A stretch of 64,000 nucleotides of DNA from an uncultured Planctomycetia bacterium (GTDB lineage: Bacteria; Omnitrophota; Gorgyraeia; VGKH01; JBHPFN01), in assembly GCA_964406665.1 (NCBI GenBank), contig CAYOSQ010000009.1, positions 6,106-70,105 of the forward strand. Direction: 5' to 3'. The position numbers and the translations under genes were made by a program. Shown here piece after piece: positions 28,779 through 37,559 of this stretch. The notes beneath the pieces were generated by a model, which was not told where the DNA came from, made no database searches, and was given only the letters and a program-made list of their open reading frames with translations. Position 1 is the stretch's first letter. Each line of letters starts with the position of its first letter.

Positions 28779-29555
28779 ATGGATGATAAAAAAACAATTT
28801 TAGTAGTTGATGACGCTTCGGATGTTCGAAAGTTGCTTAAGTTTCATTTAGAGAATAAAGGTTACCAGGTGATTGAGGCGCAGGATGGAGAGGAAGGCTT
28901 GCAGATGATCCATGAATCGCGACCGGACTTAGTCATTTTAGACATTAATATGCCGAAAATGAGCGGTATTGAGGTATATAAGAAGTTATCCGTAGGAACG
29001 GATAGGCCTATTTTTCCGGTTTTAGTCTTAACGGTGCGTGAAGAATTAGGATGCTTATTTAAGGATTTAGATGTTGATGGATTTGTGACAAAGCCATTTG
29101 AGATTGAAGTCATCCTCAATAACATTGATGCTATAATGGAAAAAAGATATGGGGTCGTCGCAGAAGAAAAGCCCAAGAAAACAAGTGGCCCTAAAAAAAT
29201 CTTGATAATTGAAAATGATTCGGATGCCTTCGACAAGATAGTTATTGCGTTTTTAAACGCCGGTTTTTTGGTGAATTCAGCAAGGAGCGGTATGGATGCC
29301 ATCGAGAAAATAATGGTAGATTTACCTGATTTGATAGTGGTTAAATTAGGCCTTTCTGATTTATCGGGAGATTTGCTTGTTGCGAAATTAAAACAGATGC
29401 CGAAAACAATGGATATTCCTGTTGTTTTATATACGCCCTACAGCAGTAGTTTAGACCATGTTGTGGTTGATAAGATATGTGAAAAAATAAATATAAAACT
29501 GGTTAAATCTGATAGCCCTGATGTCCTTTTGAAAAAGGCAGAAGAGGTATTATAA
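28779..29555 (+). CDS. Response regulator with tandem receiver-like domains
   Basis: The first REC domain is ILVVDDASD...LVILDINMP. The second is divergent (ILIIENDSD...IVVKLGLSD). Confidence 0.75.
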   Translation: MDDKKTILVVDDASDVRKLLKFHLENKGYQVIEAQDGEEGLQMIHESRPDLVILDINMPKMSGIEVYKKLSVGTDRPIFPVLVLTVREELGCLFKDLDVDGFVTKPFEIEVILNNIDAIMEKRYGVVAEEKPKKTSGPKKILIIENDSDAFDKIVIAFLNAGFLVNSARSGMDAIEKIMVDLPDLIVVKLGLSDLSGDLLVAKLKQMPKTMDIPVVLYTPYSSSLDHVVVDKICEKINIKLVKSDSPDVLLKKAEEVL

Positions 29556-29583
29556 CAACAATAAACTTAAGGAGAATATTCTT

Positions 29584-29958
29584 ATGGAAGGCAGAAACAT
29601 TTTAGCGGTTGATGATGACGAGGTTATTTTAAAATTAATAGAAAACGACTTGCAGAAAGCCGGATTTACAGTAATTAAAGCTAAAGGCGGCAAAGAGGCA
29701 ATTGAGCTAATGGGAAGAAAGCGGCCTGATTTGATACTGCTTGATATTGATATACCGGAAATGTCTGGCCCAGAAATTGAGCAGATATTAAGAGATGATC
29801 CAGATACAAAAAAAATACCGATTATATATCTTACCGAAATAATGACAAAAGAAGAAGAAAAAAAAGAATTCGGACATGCCTCTGGCGGGAATCTGTTTAT
29901 TGCAAAGCCATATGATCCTAAGAAATTATTAGAGCTGGTTAAGAAATATACAGAGTAA
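29584..29958 (+). CDS. Response regulator, receiver domain only
   Basis: It reads ILAVDDDE...LILLDIDIPEMSG...AKP. Confidence 0.85.
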   Translation: MEGRNILAVDDDEVILKLIENDLQKAGFTVIKAKGGKEAIELMGRKRPDLILLDIDIPEMSGPEIEQILRDDPDTKKIPIIYLTEIMTKEEEKKEFGHASGGNLFIAKPYDPKKLLELVKKYTE

Positions 29959-30121
29959 TTAGTTATTTTATGCCTAAATAGTTGCCTTATTAGTAAGTGT
30001 TAACAACAAATAAATTATAGACGTTGTAGGCAATTCGGAAGATAAATGTAGGTTCCTGGAAATTTCAAAACGTAGTAGTAGTTTTCAAAAAGTATTATGC
30101 TATAACGAAATTTGTACAATA

Positions 30122-30459
30122 GGTACGTGTCCCCGGAATTCCGGGGACACGTACCTAATTTCAACTACGTAGTTGAAATTAAAAAGTACGTACACCCTTC
30201 GAGTGCTGCTCACTAAAGTTCGCAAGCTCGGGTACGTACTTTGAGGAATACACCCTACACTTCACTTAAGATATAGACTAGTGAGTGTTGTGGCCAGGAT
30301 GTAAATAATGGGCCACTAACGGGTGCGATTAAGGAAGGCACCTGCACAACAGGTGCGATTAATTCCAGCTGACTTATGTTCCTTGGCGTCCATAAGTCAG
30401 GGAATTAATCGAAGGTACACCCTCGTTTCACATCGGGTGCGTCGAGGCCGAAGGCCTCG
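30122..30459 (+). repeat. Dense array of palindromes and structured repeat modules (modules 1 and 3, a long bipartite hairpin, and a TCGAGGCC-gaa-GGCCTCGA hairpin) ending at the RBS
   Basis: A 34-bp perfect palindrome GGTACGTGTCCCCGGAATTCCGGGGACACGTACC lies at 30122-30155. ATTTCAACTACGTAGTTGAAAT lies at 30158-30179. Module 1 lies at 30184-30241 and module 3 at 30250-30327. The hairpin GATTAATTCC..CTGACTTATG...CATAAGTCAG..GGAATTAATC lies at 30357-30410. A short hairpin lies at 30441-30459. Confidence 0.7.
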
Positions 30460-30478
30460 AGCGGAAAGGAGAAAGAAC

Positions 30479-31444
30479 ATGGCGCAAAAAGAGATTACTG
30501 CAAGTGCATTAAATCCAAATGAGTTTATTGAGAGTATGGGCAAGCAGATTTCCGAGACAGTCAAAGACGGATGTGCGATCAACGCGCTTTCCGGTGGGGT
30601 GGATTCTTCAGCAGTTACCTTGCTCGGACACAAGGCATTGGGCAACAGGTTAAAGACTTATTTTATTGATAACGGTCTCATGCGCAGCAAAGAACCAAAA
30701 AGTATTGCTTTAGCATTTAAGAAGTTAGGGGTTAAGGTTGAGATTTTAGATGCTCAGGATGCGTTTTTCAGCGCTTTAAAAGGCATCACTGATCCCGAGC
30801 AGAAAAGAGAAGCGATTACCCAAACGTTTTACAAAGATATATTCGGTAAGCTGGTAAGAGAAAGCGGTGCGAAGTTTCTCCTGCAGGGGACAATCCTTAC
30901 TGACGTGGATGAGACTAAAGCCGGTATCAAAAGGCAGCATAATGTATTTGAACAGTTAGGTATTGATCCTCAGGAGGCATTTGGGTATAAGATTATCGAG
31001 CCGTTAGTGCAGATGCGTAAAGACGGCGTGCGTAAACTGGGCGAAGCATTAGGGTTGCCGAAGTCACTTTTTAAAAGGATTCCGTTTCCCGGTCCTGCGC
31101 TATCCGCGCGTGTTATCGGAGAAGCTACGCCTGAGCGCATTGAAATCGTACGGCAGGCAACAGTCATCACCGAAAAGATGCTTTCCTATGCTAAGGCATT
31201 TCAGTATATGGCGATTTTACACGAAGACAGGGTTACCGGCATGCGTGATAACAAAAGGGATTTTGGCATGCAGATTGAGATTAGATGTTGGGATAGTGTG
31301 GATGCACGTCAGGCTACGCCTACAAAAATACCCTTTAAGCGGCTGCGCGCGCTGGCTGATAAAATCACCGCTGAAGTACCGGGTGTAGTGAGTGTTACTT
31401 ATAACATAACCACAAAACCACCTTCAACAATTGAGGCGGTGTAG
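30479..31444 (+). CDS. guaA: GMP synthase ATP-pyrophosphatase subunit (GuaA C-terminal domain as a stand-alone protein, archaeal GuaAB-like)
   Basis: The PP-loop is ALSGGVDSSAVTLL. The dimerisation/C-terminal region is ...PFPGPALSARVIGE...SVTYNITTKPPSTIEAV, which parallels GuaA. There is no glutamine amidotransferase domain. The ATG at 30479 has a GGAAAGGAG RBS. The track extension to 30323 runs across the repeats and is rejected. Confidence 0.8.
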   Translation: MAQKEITASALNPNEFIESMGKQISETVKDGCAINALSGGVDSSAVTLLGHKALGNRLKTYFIDNGLMRSKEPKSIALAFKKLGVKVEILDAQDAFFSALKGITDPEQKREAITQTFYKDIFGKLVRESGAKFLLQGTILTDVDETKAGIKRQHNVFEQLGIDPQEAFGYKIIEPLVQMRKDGVRKLGEALGLPKSLFKRIPFPGPALSARVIGEATPERIEIVRQATVITEKMLSYAKAFQYMAILHEDRVTGMRDNKRDFGMQIEIRCWDSVDARQATPTKIPFKRLRALADKITAEVPGVVSVTYNITTKPPSTIEAV

Positions 31445-31455
31445 TAGAATTCTAA

Positions 31456-31595
31456 AAGTACGTACACCCTTCGAGTGCTGCTCACTAAAGTTCGCAAGCT
31501 CGAGTACGTACTCTGTGGAAACACCAGCTTGCTGAGAAGCGCTCGCTGGTGCGTCGAGGCCTTTGGCCTCGAACGAAGTCAGAAAATCAATCGAT
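31456..31595 (+). repeat. Structured repeat modules 1 and 2
   Basis: Module 1 is AAAGTACGTACACCCTTCGAGTGCTGCTCACTAAAGTTCGCAAGCTCGAGTACGTACTCTGT. Module 2 is AACACCAGC..GCTGGTGCGTCGAGGCCtttGGCCTCGAACGAAG..AAATCAATCG. Both are near-identical to 21431-21553. Confidence 0.7.
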
Positions 31596-31614
31596 AATAA
31601 TCAAAAGGAGAAAA

Positions 31615-32796
31615 ATGAATAATAGTTCCTGGTTTTCTCAAATTTCTTTTAAGCAACGGATTTGGTTGTTCGCAACTGTGGCAGGAATGCTTGCGATTAC
31701 AATCCTGGGGATTTTTCTAAGCTCATCAAGCAAGCCAGGGGAATCAATTGAATTCAACATTAATATGTCTATCCAGGACATTGCTCCCAAAATTGGAGTT
31801 ACAGGTAAAGGCCTTGCCCGTGAACTTGAATTACCGATTGATATTTCCAAGAGAAAACCTCTCAATTTATTAAAGATAACAAACGAAGAACTTCATCATG
31901 CTGTTGAACATATTCTTTCTCATCGCGATAGCATACTCAAATATTATATTTACGCGGCATTGGTATTGTTTGGTCTTGTATTTCTTACCAAACTAGGACG
32001 GCCAGATGGATCAGATATCAAGCACAGACATAAGTGGTATCCTCGAACACCCTACATTGTTTCTCTGTTGTTTTCTGTAGCAGTAGCTGGATTCATTCTT
32101 GGCAAGTCGCCTAATCCCATGGAGGGGGCAGTCAAAGTATTCAAATCAATGGTAGGACTTTATCCTGACCCGATGGTTAAAGCAATCGCTTTCGGTTTTT
32201 TCATTATACTTGCTGTTATTGGAAATAAAATGATCTGTGGTTGGGCCTGTCCTTTTGGTGCTTTGCAAGAACTTATTTATAGCATACCAATTTTGAAAAA
32301 AATCAAAAAAGAGAAACTTCCATTTGTATTCATAAACACAATCCGCACCTGTCTTTTTATCGCGATGCTTCTTTTCCTGTTTGGAGTTATTGGGGGACGC
32401 AGGGGATTTGTGATTTACCACTATATTAATCCTTTTAACCTATTTAATTTTGATTTTGAAACATTCAGTATCCTGTTGACAGTAATCATTGTTTTGTTGG
32501 TATCATTTGCTGTCTACCGCCCATTTTGTCAGTTAGTTTGTCCTTTTGGATTTATCTCATGGATAGCTGAGCGATTCAGCATTTTTCGTGTTCGCATTGA
32601 TAAAGAAAAGTGCACCCAATGTGGTGCTTGCATAAAGGCATGTCCTCTGGAAGCCGCAGAGGGTCTGGTTAACGGTAAAAAGATGCCGGCAGATTGTTTT
32701 AGTTGTGCGCGCTGCTTGAATGTTTGTCCAGTTGACGCCATTCAATATACAGCTTCTTCAAAAAAAGTAAAACAAGTTTCTGTAGTTGATAAATAA
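31615..32796 (+). CDS. Membrane-bound polyferredoxin (NapH/MauN/FixG-like 4Fe-4S protein)
   Basis: There are multiple TM helices. The motifs are CGWACPFGALQE, CQLVCPFGF, CTQCGACIKACP and CARCLNVCPVDAI. The ATG at 31615 has an AAAAGGAG RBS. Confidence 0.7.
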   Translation: MNNSSWFSQISFKQRIWLFATVAGMLAITILGIFLSSSSKPGESIEFNINMSIQDIAPKIGVTGKGLARELELPIDISKRKPLNLLKITNEELHHAVEHILSHRDSILKYYIYAALVLFGLVFLTKLGRPDGSDIKHRHKWYPRTPYIVSLLFSVAVAGFILGKSPNPMEGAVKVFKSMVGLYPDPMVKAIAFGFFIILAVIGNKMICGWACPFGALQELIYSIPILKKIKKEKLPFVFINTIRTCLFIAMLLFLFGVIGGRRGFVIYHYINPFNLFNFDFETFSILLTVIIVLLVSFAVYRPFCQLVCPFGFISWIAERFSIFRVRIDKEKCTQCGACIKACPLEAAEGLVNGKKMPADCFSCARCLNVCPVDAIQYTASSKKVKQVSVVDK

Positions 32797-32824
32797 TAAG
32801 GAACTCAAGCGAGGGAGGAAAAAC

Positions 32825-33016
32825 ATGGGAAAAGCAGAAGGTGTATGTAAGATGGATGGATGTGAAGGGGCTTGGTATTTTCTAGGGATAATTGGCGCGG
32901 TAGTGTATTACATTTCAACCGCAACGAGCTTTTGGATTGGCGTGTTAGGATTTCTAAAAGCCCTTGTCTGGCCAGCATTCCTCGTCTTCGAAGTACTCAA
33001 ATTTGTGGGGGCGTAA
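32825..33016 (+). CDS. Small membrane protein (about 63 aa), hypothetical
   Basis: A GAGGGAGG RBS precedes it. Two hydrophobic helices follow a Cys-containing N-terminus (MGKAEGVCKMDGCEG). Confidence 0.4.
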   Translation: MGKAEGVCKMDGCEGAWYFLGIIGAVVYYISTATSFWIGVLGFLKALVWPAFLVFEVLKFVGA

Positions 33017-33104
33017 CACCCTACACTTAAGATATAGACTAGTGAGTGTTGTGGCTAAAATGTAAGTAAGCCACTAACGGGTGCGTCGAGGCCGAAGGCC
33101 TCGA
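33016..33104 (+). repeat. Structured repeat module 3 plus a TCGAGGCC-gaa-GGCCTCGA hairpin, ending at the RBS
   Basis: AACACCCTACACTTAAGATATAGACTAGTGAGTGTTGTGGCTaaaatgtaagtaAGCCACTAACGGGTGCG then TCGAGGCCGAAGGCCTCGA. The inner stem is GTGGCT/AGCCAC here and GTGGCC/GGCCAC at 30290-30316, a compensatory change. Confidence 0.65.
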
Positions 33105-33129
33105 GCGAAAAAAAAGGAGTCGTAATAAA

Positions 33130-34128
33130 TTGAAAAAAGGAAATAGAATTGTATGTTTTTCTTTGTTGGTTAGTATCACTCTATATGCATCCGAGGTTTA
33201 TGCTAAAGGAAAATTATTGGACAGGATAAGAGATAGGATAGAGAAAAAGCGCAGCCAGTGTACAGGTCTTAAAGAAGACAGGGAAAGAATGCCGGGGGAT
33301 TATGATTATTCTCTTAAGCATAATGGGAAGAAGAGAACCTACAAACTGCATGTCCCTCGGTCTTATAGCGGCCGGCCCACCGCTCTTATTTTGGCTTTTC
33401 ACGGAGGCATGGGCTCTGCAGAAGTTATGTCAAAATATTATGGCCTGAGAGAAAAATCAGATAGGCAAGGTTTTATAGTTGCGTTTCCAAATGGGGCAAG
33501 CAGATTGCCAACAGGAAAATTTGCCACCTGGAACGCAGGCAACTGCTGTGGTTATGCTGTTGAGAGTCAGAGCGATGACGTTGGTTTTATAAAAGCGGTT
33601 ATTGATGATATCAAAAACAAGGTAAACGTTAATAAGGTATTTGCAACCGGAATGTCCAACGGGGGTATGTTGTCATATCGCCTTGCTTGTGATATGTCTG
33701 ATACATTCTCTGCGATTGCCGCTATTTCAGGAACAGATAATTATGATGAATGTAATCCGACAAAGCCAATATCAATTATGCACATTCATTCTTTGCAAGA
33801 TTCGCATGTGCTTTATAAAGGGGGCTGTGGTCCTGATTGTCTCGTAGGGGGTGAGACTGAGTTTGTTTCAGTACCTAAGACTATTGCTAAATGGGTTAAT
33901 ATAAACCAGTGCAACAAAAGTCCTAGAAGAGTGTTTCAGAATGAGAATGCTTTTTGTGATGAGTATTCAGGCTGTAAAAGTAATGTGACTGTAAAAGTTT
34001 GTACAACAAGAGATGGTGGGCATTCTTGGGCTGGGGCAAAAAAAGTGCCAAATCCTCTTGAAAAAAATTCCCCTTCACAATCAATAAATGCAACAGACGA
34101 AATCTGGAAGTTCTTTAAGAATCAATAA
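33130..34128 (+). CDS. Secreted esterase of the PHB-depolymerase/LpqC family
   Basis: It has a TTG start with an AAGGAG RBS and a signal peptide. The motifs are LILAFHGGMGS, AFPNG and GMSNGG (nucleophile elbow). Confidence 0.65.
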   Translation: MKKGNRIVCFSLLVSITLYASEVYAKGKLLDRIRDRIEKKRSQCTGLKEDRERMPGDYDYSLKHNGKKRTYKLHVPRSYSGRPTALILAFHGGMGSAEVMSKYYGLREKSDRQGFIVAFPNGASRLPTGKFATWNAGNCCGYAVESQSDDVGFIKAVIDDIKNKVNVNKVFATGMSNGGMLSYRLACDMSDTFSAIAAISGTDNYDECNPTKPISIMHIHSLQDSHVLYKGGCGPDCLVGGETEFVSVPKTIAKWVNINQCNKSPRRVFQNENAFCDEYSGCKSNVTVKVCTTRDGGHSWAGAKKVPNPLEKNSPSQSINATDEIWKFFKNQ

Positions 34129-34165
34129 AGAAATCTTGGGCTGGTTCATCCAGAATATGTAAAAG

Positions 34166-34197
34166 AAAAGTACGTACTCGAGTACGTACTTTTTTTA
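34166..34197. terminator. Bidirectional terminator formed by a 28-bp perfect palindrome with a GTACGTAC core
   Basis: AAAAGTACGTACTCGAGTACGTACTTTT is followed by TTT. It sits between convergent genes. Confidence 0.7.
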
Positions 34198-34240
34198 TTC
34201 TAATGCATCTGCTCGCCGAGCTATGCTCGTCTCGCGGTGC

Positions 34241-34323
34241 GATTGATTCCAGCTAATTTATGTCAGCGACAGCAGCTAGTTATTATTCAAAAACGTCGCA
34301 GCCATAAGCTAGGGAATCAATCG
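34241..34323. repeat. Long hairpin repeat related to 30357-30410, overlapping the 3' end of the minus-strand gene
   Basis: GATTGATTCC..AGCTAATTTATG...CATAAGCTAG..GGAATCAATC. The outer stem shows a compensatory A/T to G/C change relative to GATTAATTCC/GGAATTAATC. Confidence 0.5.
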
Positions 34324-35120
34324 AGATGCGGTTCTAAACTGCGCATTTTATCAATGGTAATTTCTGGAACTTCGTAGGTGCCGTCTCCAGGCACAGGCGG
34401 GTATTGAATAAAGTATTCCTTAACTAGCTCGTCATAAGTTTTATAAGCTTGTGTATATAGTTTTAATCCTGCTAAGGCATCTCCTAAGATATCGAGTCCT
34501 AGCAGAGAATGTTTATCAATTGCCAATACTGAATCTGCAATTTTTTTTGCCTCTGCAAAATTACCTCTTATTAAAGCGTAACGGCCGTTTTTAACCAGGT
34601 GATTTATTTCATTGTCCCTCCGAGCATTTGCTATAACTGGTAAGTTCAGAGAGTTACTTTCGGCATTATCAATCGTTGCGGATAAGGAATAGTTGTCGGG
34701 CTTAAGTTTTGCAGTTTCCTGGGGTGTAATATAGAACACATGTTCAATAGCATTGACCTCATCAAGGATAACTTTATTTTCTGTGACCGCAGTTGCTTGG
34801 ACATCGATTTTAACAATATTGTCCTGGCTGTCGCGTAAGGTAAACTTTATACCTTTTATCCAGGATTCTTTATTAGTGCCTAACTGGGTGTGAATAATTT
34901 TTTTATCTTCATTGCCGTAGGCAATATTTTGATAGTAAGCATTCATTGCATCAGGATTAGAGAGGATAAGAAAAATAATTATTGGTTCACCGGGCTGAAA
35001 GCCTTTAGCATTTATTGCTACATCATAGTAAATTACGGTTTTCAAATTGGCAGCGTAAGCTGAATTGATTGATAACAATAAAAGCCCGATTAAAAGAAAT
35101 AAGATTATTTTTTTCATCAT
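34317..35120 (-). CDS. Secreted hypothetical protein, translationally coupled to the upstream metalloprotease gene
   Basis: The signal peptide is MMKKIILFLLIGLLLLSINSAYA. There is an ATGA overlap with 35117..37237. Confidence 0.55.
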   Translation of the reverse strand: MMKKIILFLLIGLLLLSINSAYAANLKTVIYYDVAINAKGFQPGEPIIIFLILSNPDAMNAYYQNIAYGNEDKKIIHTQLGTNKESWIKGIKFTLRDSQDNIVKIDVQATAVTENKVILDEVNAIEHVFYITPQETAKLKPDNYSLSATIDNAESNSLNLPVIANARRDNEINHLVKNGRYALIRGNFAEAKKIADSVLAIDKHSLLGLDILGDALAGLKLYTQAYKTYDELVKEYFIQYPPVPGDGTYEVPEITIDKMRSLEPHLD

Positions 35121-37237
35121 TTGTCATTTACCCTCATTTGCCCCAGACAGTTACCTCTGTTGGCGTTTCCGCCGACTAAGCCGCCACTATTATATCCAGT
35201 ACCGGTTGAAAAAGTACAGAAAGCTGCTCCATCAGGATCTCTGGGCCAGCAGCCAAACATCCCTGCGTCAGAAAAAACTTCAAAGAAACGACAGTATTTC
35301 ATAACACAGTTTACATCTCCGCTTTGTTGAGATCCTTTAGGGTGGAATCTAAAATCATGAGGAAGTCTGTGTCCGCAAAGGTATAGAGGAGGTGATCCTG
35401 TCCAATATCTATAAGATGTCCTTATTGCAGCAGAGGCTCTGTTGTTGTAAGCAGCGCTGCTTTCAGGGGAATAGATCGTAGTTTTTGCCCAGGGTGCTTC
35501 TCCGTGATGCCAGACGCAAGTAGAGTGGCCCAGTTCGTGAGCAGCTATGCGTGGTGTCCAGTGATTTAATACTGTGGCAGTAACATTTATCGGCGGTCCC
35601 ATAATGCCTTCGTTGATTCTCATTTGCATTGAGCGGCCACCTATGTTTGTTGGGATTTCGCCGGAATTCATTTTCAGAATAAGACCGTGTTGGGCTCCGG
35701 TTGTGGCATGACCTCTATTAGGATTTCCCACTCTGCGTCTTAATTCATTATTTGCTACTAAATGGCACATTATGCCTGATGTAGGGTAATGCCCGATACC
35801 CCTGCCGGTTCTGTCATTTATTAACAGATCCTTGAAGTCTGTATGGAATCTGGTCTGAGAACCTTGTACAAAAAAGCCTCGATACTCTTCGTAGTTTGAG
35901 TATCCGTCACCATCATGGCCGTCTAAATTGGGGGTGTTATCATTATCATTTGTAGCTGGTGCACCATTTTTATCCTGAGGGGCTGAATCAGCAATTTTAT
36001 TATTGTTATCATCAAGAGGAATCGAGACTGGTCCGTTGGGAGCGATATCTTCACAACCCTCGGCACTTGCTTTAATAAATCCGAAAGAGCCATAGTCATT
36101 GCTGGTAACTGTAACAGTTGCAGTAGTGGTTAATCTTTGAGTTTCAGCAGTTGTATAGAAACTTCCTCGCCCACCGCCTAAAAGAAATCCCGGCATAGGT
36201 TCATTAAAATGAAGATCAGGCTTGGTCTGAAAACCTTTGTTAAGGCAAACACCTTTTTCATTAGAAACACGGCTTAAATCAAATTTTATTCTACGTGGCG
36301 GACCTGGATATACCCAGCCTTGTCCGCCGACCCATCTATAGGTTCTTGCAGTAAATCTAACCATATTATTTTCTTCTGGTAACCAAGCAGCAGGACATTT
36401 AGTTATATCTATGCCAATACGAAAAACTTCAGGCGGAGGTGTTACGTCTGGTTCTTCAGGTGGAGTTGGTTCTGGGCCAGGATCAACCGGATCTTCTGGA
36501 GGAGCTGGTGGGACAGGTGGCGTTGGTTCTGGCTCTGGTTCGGGTTCTGGTGTAGGCTCAGGCTCAGGCTCGGGTTCTGGTTCAGGTTCAGGAGTTGGAG
36601 CAGGAGCGGGAGCAGGCGCAGGCTCAGGTTGTTCATCACAAGGTTTAACTTTAAAATTAGAGATTGAAACACTGTATAGCCGAGGCATCTTCCCTGAATT
36701 AACATCATCACAACAGGCTCGAACATCTTCAACTATAAGATGTCTTTCTCTGGGGTCAGTTGATTTGACAGTAATTCTAATACAGCGGCCAAGATCGCCG
36801 CTAAAAGTATGACTGGAGTAAGGTGGGATTATCACGGTTTGCCTGCCGGCATCTGAAGTTATGGTTACTTCTAAATTACGCCTTCTCTCCCAGCGGTTTT
36901 GAATGGTGATGTTTTCGAATTCGCAACAATCACTTTCAGGAGGCGCAACTGAGGGATATTCTGGCCGGGAATTATCAATAATAATTACCGGCGGAGCACC
37001 CAAATGATGTTTTTCGGTAGTTGTGCCAATAGGAAGATTCTCTGTTCCAAAAGTGAAAGGTGATTCGCCAGTAGTAGTGGCTGGAGTTGAATCAGGTGTG
37101 CTTGCTGGCGGTGGCGAAGAGCCATGTTCCTCAGAACAGCTTGCAAAAGTATTAACAGTATAAGATATAAATAGGAAGCTAAAAAGAAAGAGACAGGAGA
37201 AAACTTTTTTGAAATGAGGTTTTAATATACTTTTCAC
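35117..37237 (-). CDS. Lipoprotein with a metzincin-like zinc-metalloprotease motif, a Cys-flanked N-domain and a (PE)n/PAPAP linker
   Basis: A signal plus lipobox-like ..TFASC is present. A CC...CC-bracketed domain follows. The linker is PEPAPAPAPAPTPEPEPEPEPEPEPTPEPEPEPEP. A thrombospondin-type-3-like Asp-rich segment is NDNDNTPNLDGHDGDGYSNYEEY. HELGHSTCVWH fits HExxHxxxxxH. Confidence 0.6.
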   Translation of the reverse strand: MKSILKPHFKKVFSCLFLFSFLFISYTVNTFASCSEEHGSSPPPASTPDSTPATTTGESPFTFGTENLPIGTTTEKHHLGAPPVIIIDNSRPEYPSVAPPESDCCEFENITIQNRWERRRNLEVTITSDAGRQTVIIPPYSSHTFSGDLGRCIRITVKSTDPRERHLIVEDVRACCDDVNSGKMPRLYSVSISNFKVKPCDEQPEPAPAPAPAPTPEPEPEPEPEPEPTPEPEPEPEPTPPVPPAPPEDPVDPGPEPTPPEEPDVTPPPEVFRIGIDITKCPAAWLPEENNMVRFTARTYRWVGGQGWVYPGPPRRIKFDLSRVSNEKGVCLNKGFQTKPDLHFNEPMPGFLLGGGRGSFYTTAETQRLTTTATVTVTSNDYGSFGFIKASAEGCEDIAPNGPVSIPLDDNNNKIADSAPQDKNGAPATNDNDNTPNLDGHDGDGYSNYEEYRGFFVQGSQTRFHTDFKDLLINDRTGRGIGHYPTSGIMCHLVANNELRRRVGNPNRGHATTGAQHGLILKMNSGEIPTNIGGRSMQMRINEGIMGPPINVTATVLNHWTPRIAAHELGHSTCVWHHGEAPWAKTTIYSPESSAAYNNRASAAIRTSYRYWTGSPPLYLCGHRLPHDFRFHPKGSQQSGDVNCVMKYCRFFEVFSDAGMFGCWPRDPDGAAFCTFSTGTGYNSGGLVGGNANRGNCLGQMRVNDK

Positions 37238-37480
37238 AATAATAATATTGAGAGATAATTAGGTAAGCTGTATTTTACTATTGTCTTATGAGCTTGTCAA
37301 GAGGGCTTGTTAGTTGGGCTGTTCGTTAACGGCTTTTGACTACGCCCCGCAAAAAGCGCGGGATTGCTCCCTAAGATAAATCTTAGGGAGACTATAGTGA
37401 CTACAGTCTTTCTAAAGCTTGCTTTAGGAAGCCCTAAAGAATTGGGCTTTACCCTAATAGTTCCCTGTGGGACGTAGTTT

Positions 37481-37511
37481 CAAGAGTACGTACCTTAAGT
37501 ACGTACTCTTG
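37481..37511. repeat. Perfect 13-bp-stem palindrome with a GTACGTAC core
   Basis: The sequence is CAAGAGTACGTACcttaaGTACGTACTCTTG. Confidence 0.6.
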
Positions 37512-37559
37512 AATAATAGTTATATACTTCTTTCCTTAATAGTGCTATTATGGGCTATT

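Noticed and set aside
30323-30478. N-terminal extension of the guaA-B ORF back to 30323
   Set aside because: The extension runs through the stacked palindromic repeat modules and encodes an Arg/Pro-rich junk sequence. A good RBS precedes the ATG at 30479, where GuaA homology begins.
36480-36660. Near-perfect tandem DNA repeat (GGTTCNGGYTC units). Could it be a CRISPR-like or satellite array?
   Set aside because: It is in-frame coding sequence for the (PE)n/(PA)n linker of the metalloprotease lipoprotein. It has no spacers and no flanking cas genes. It is noted only as a possible slippage-prone tract.
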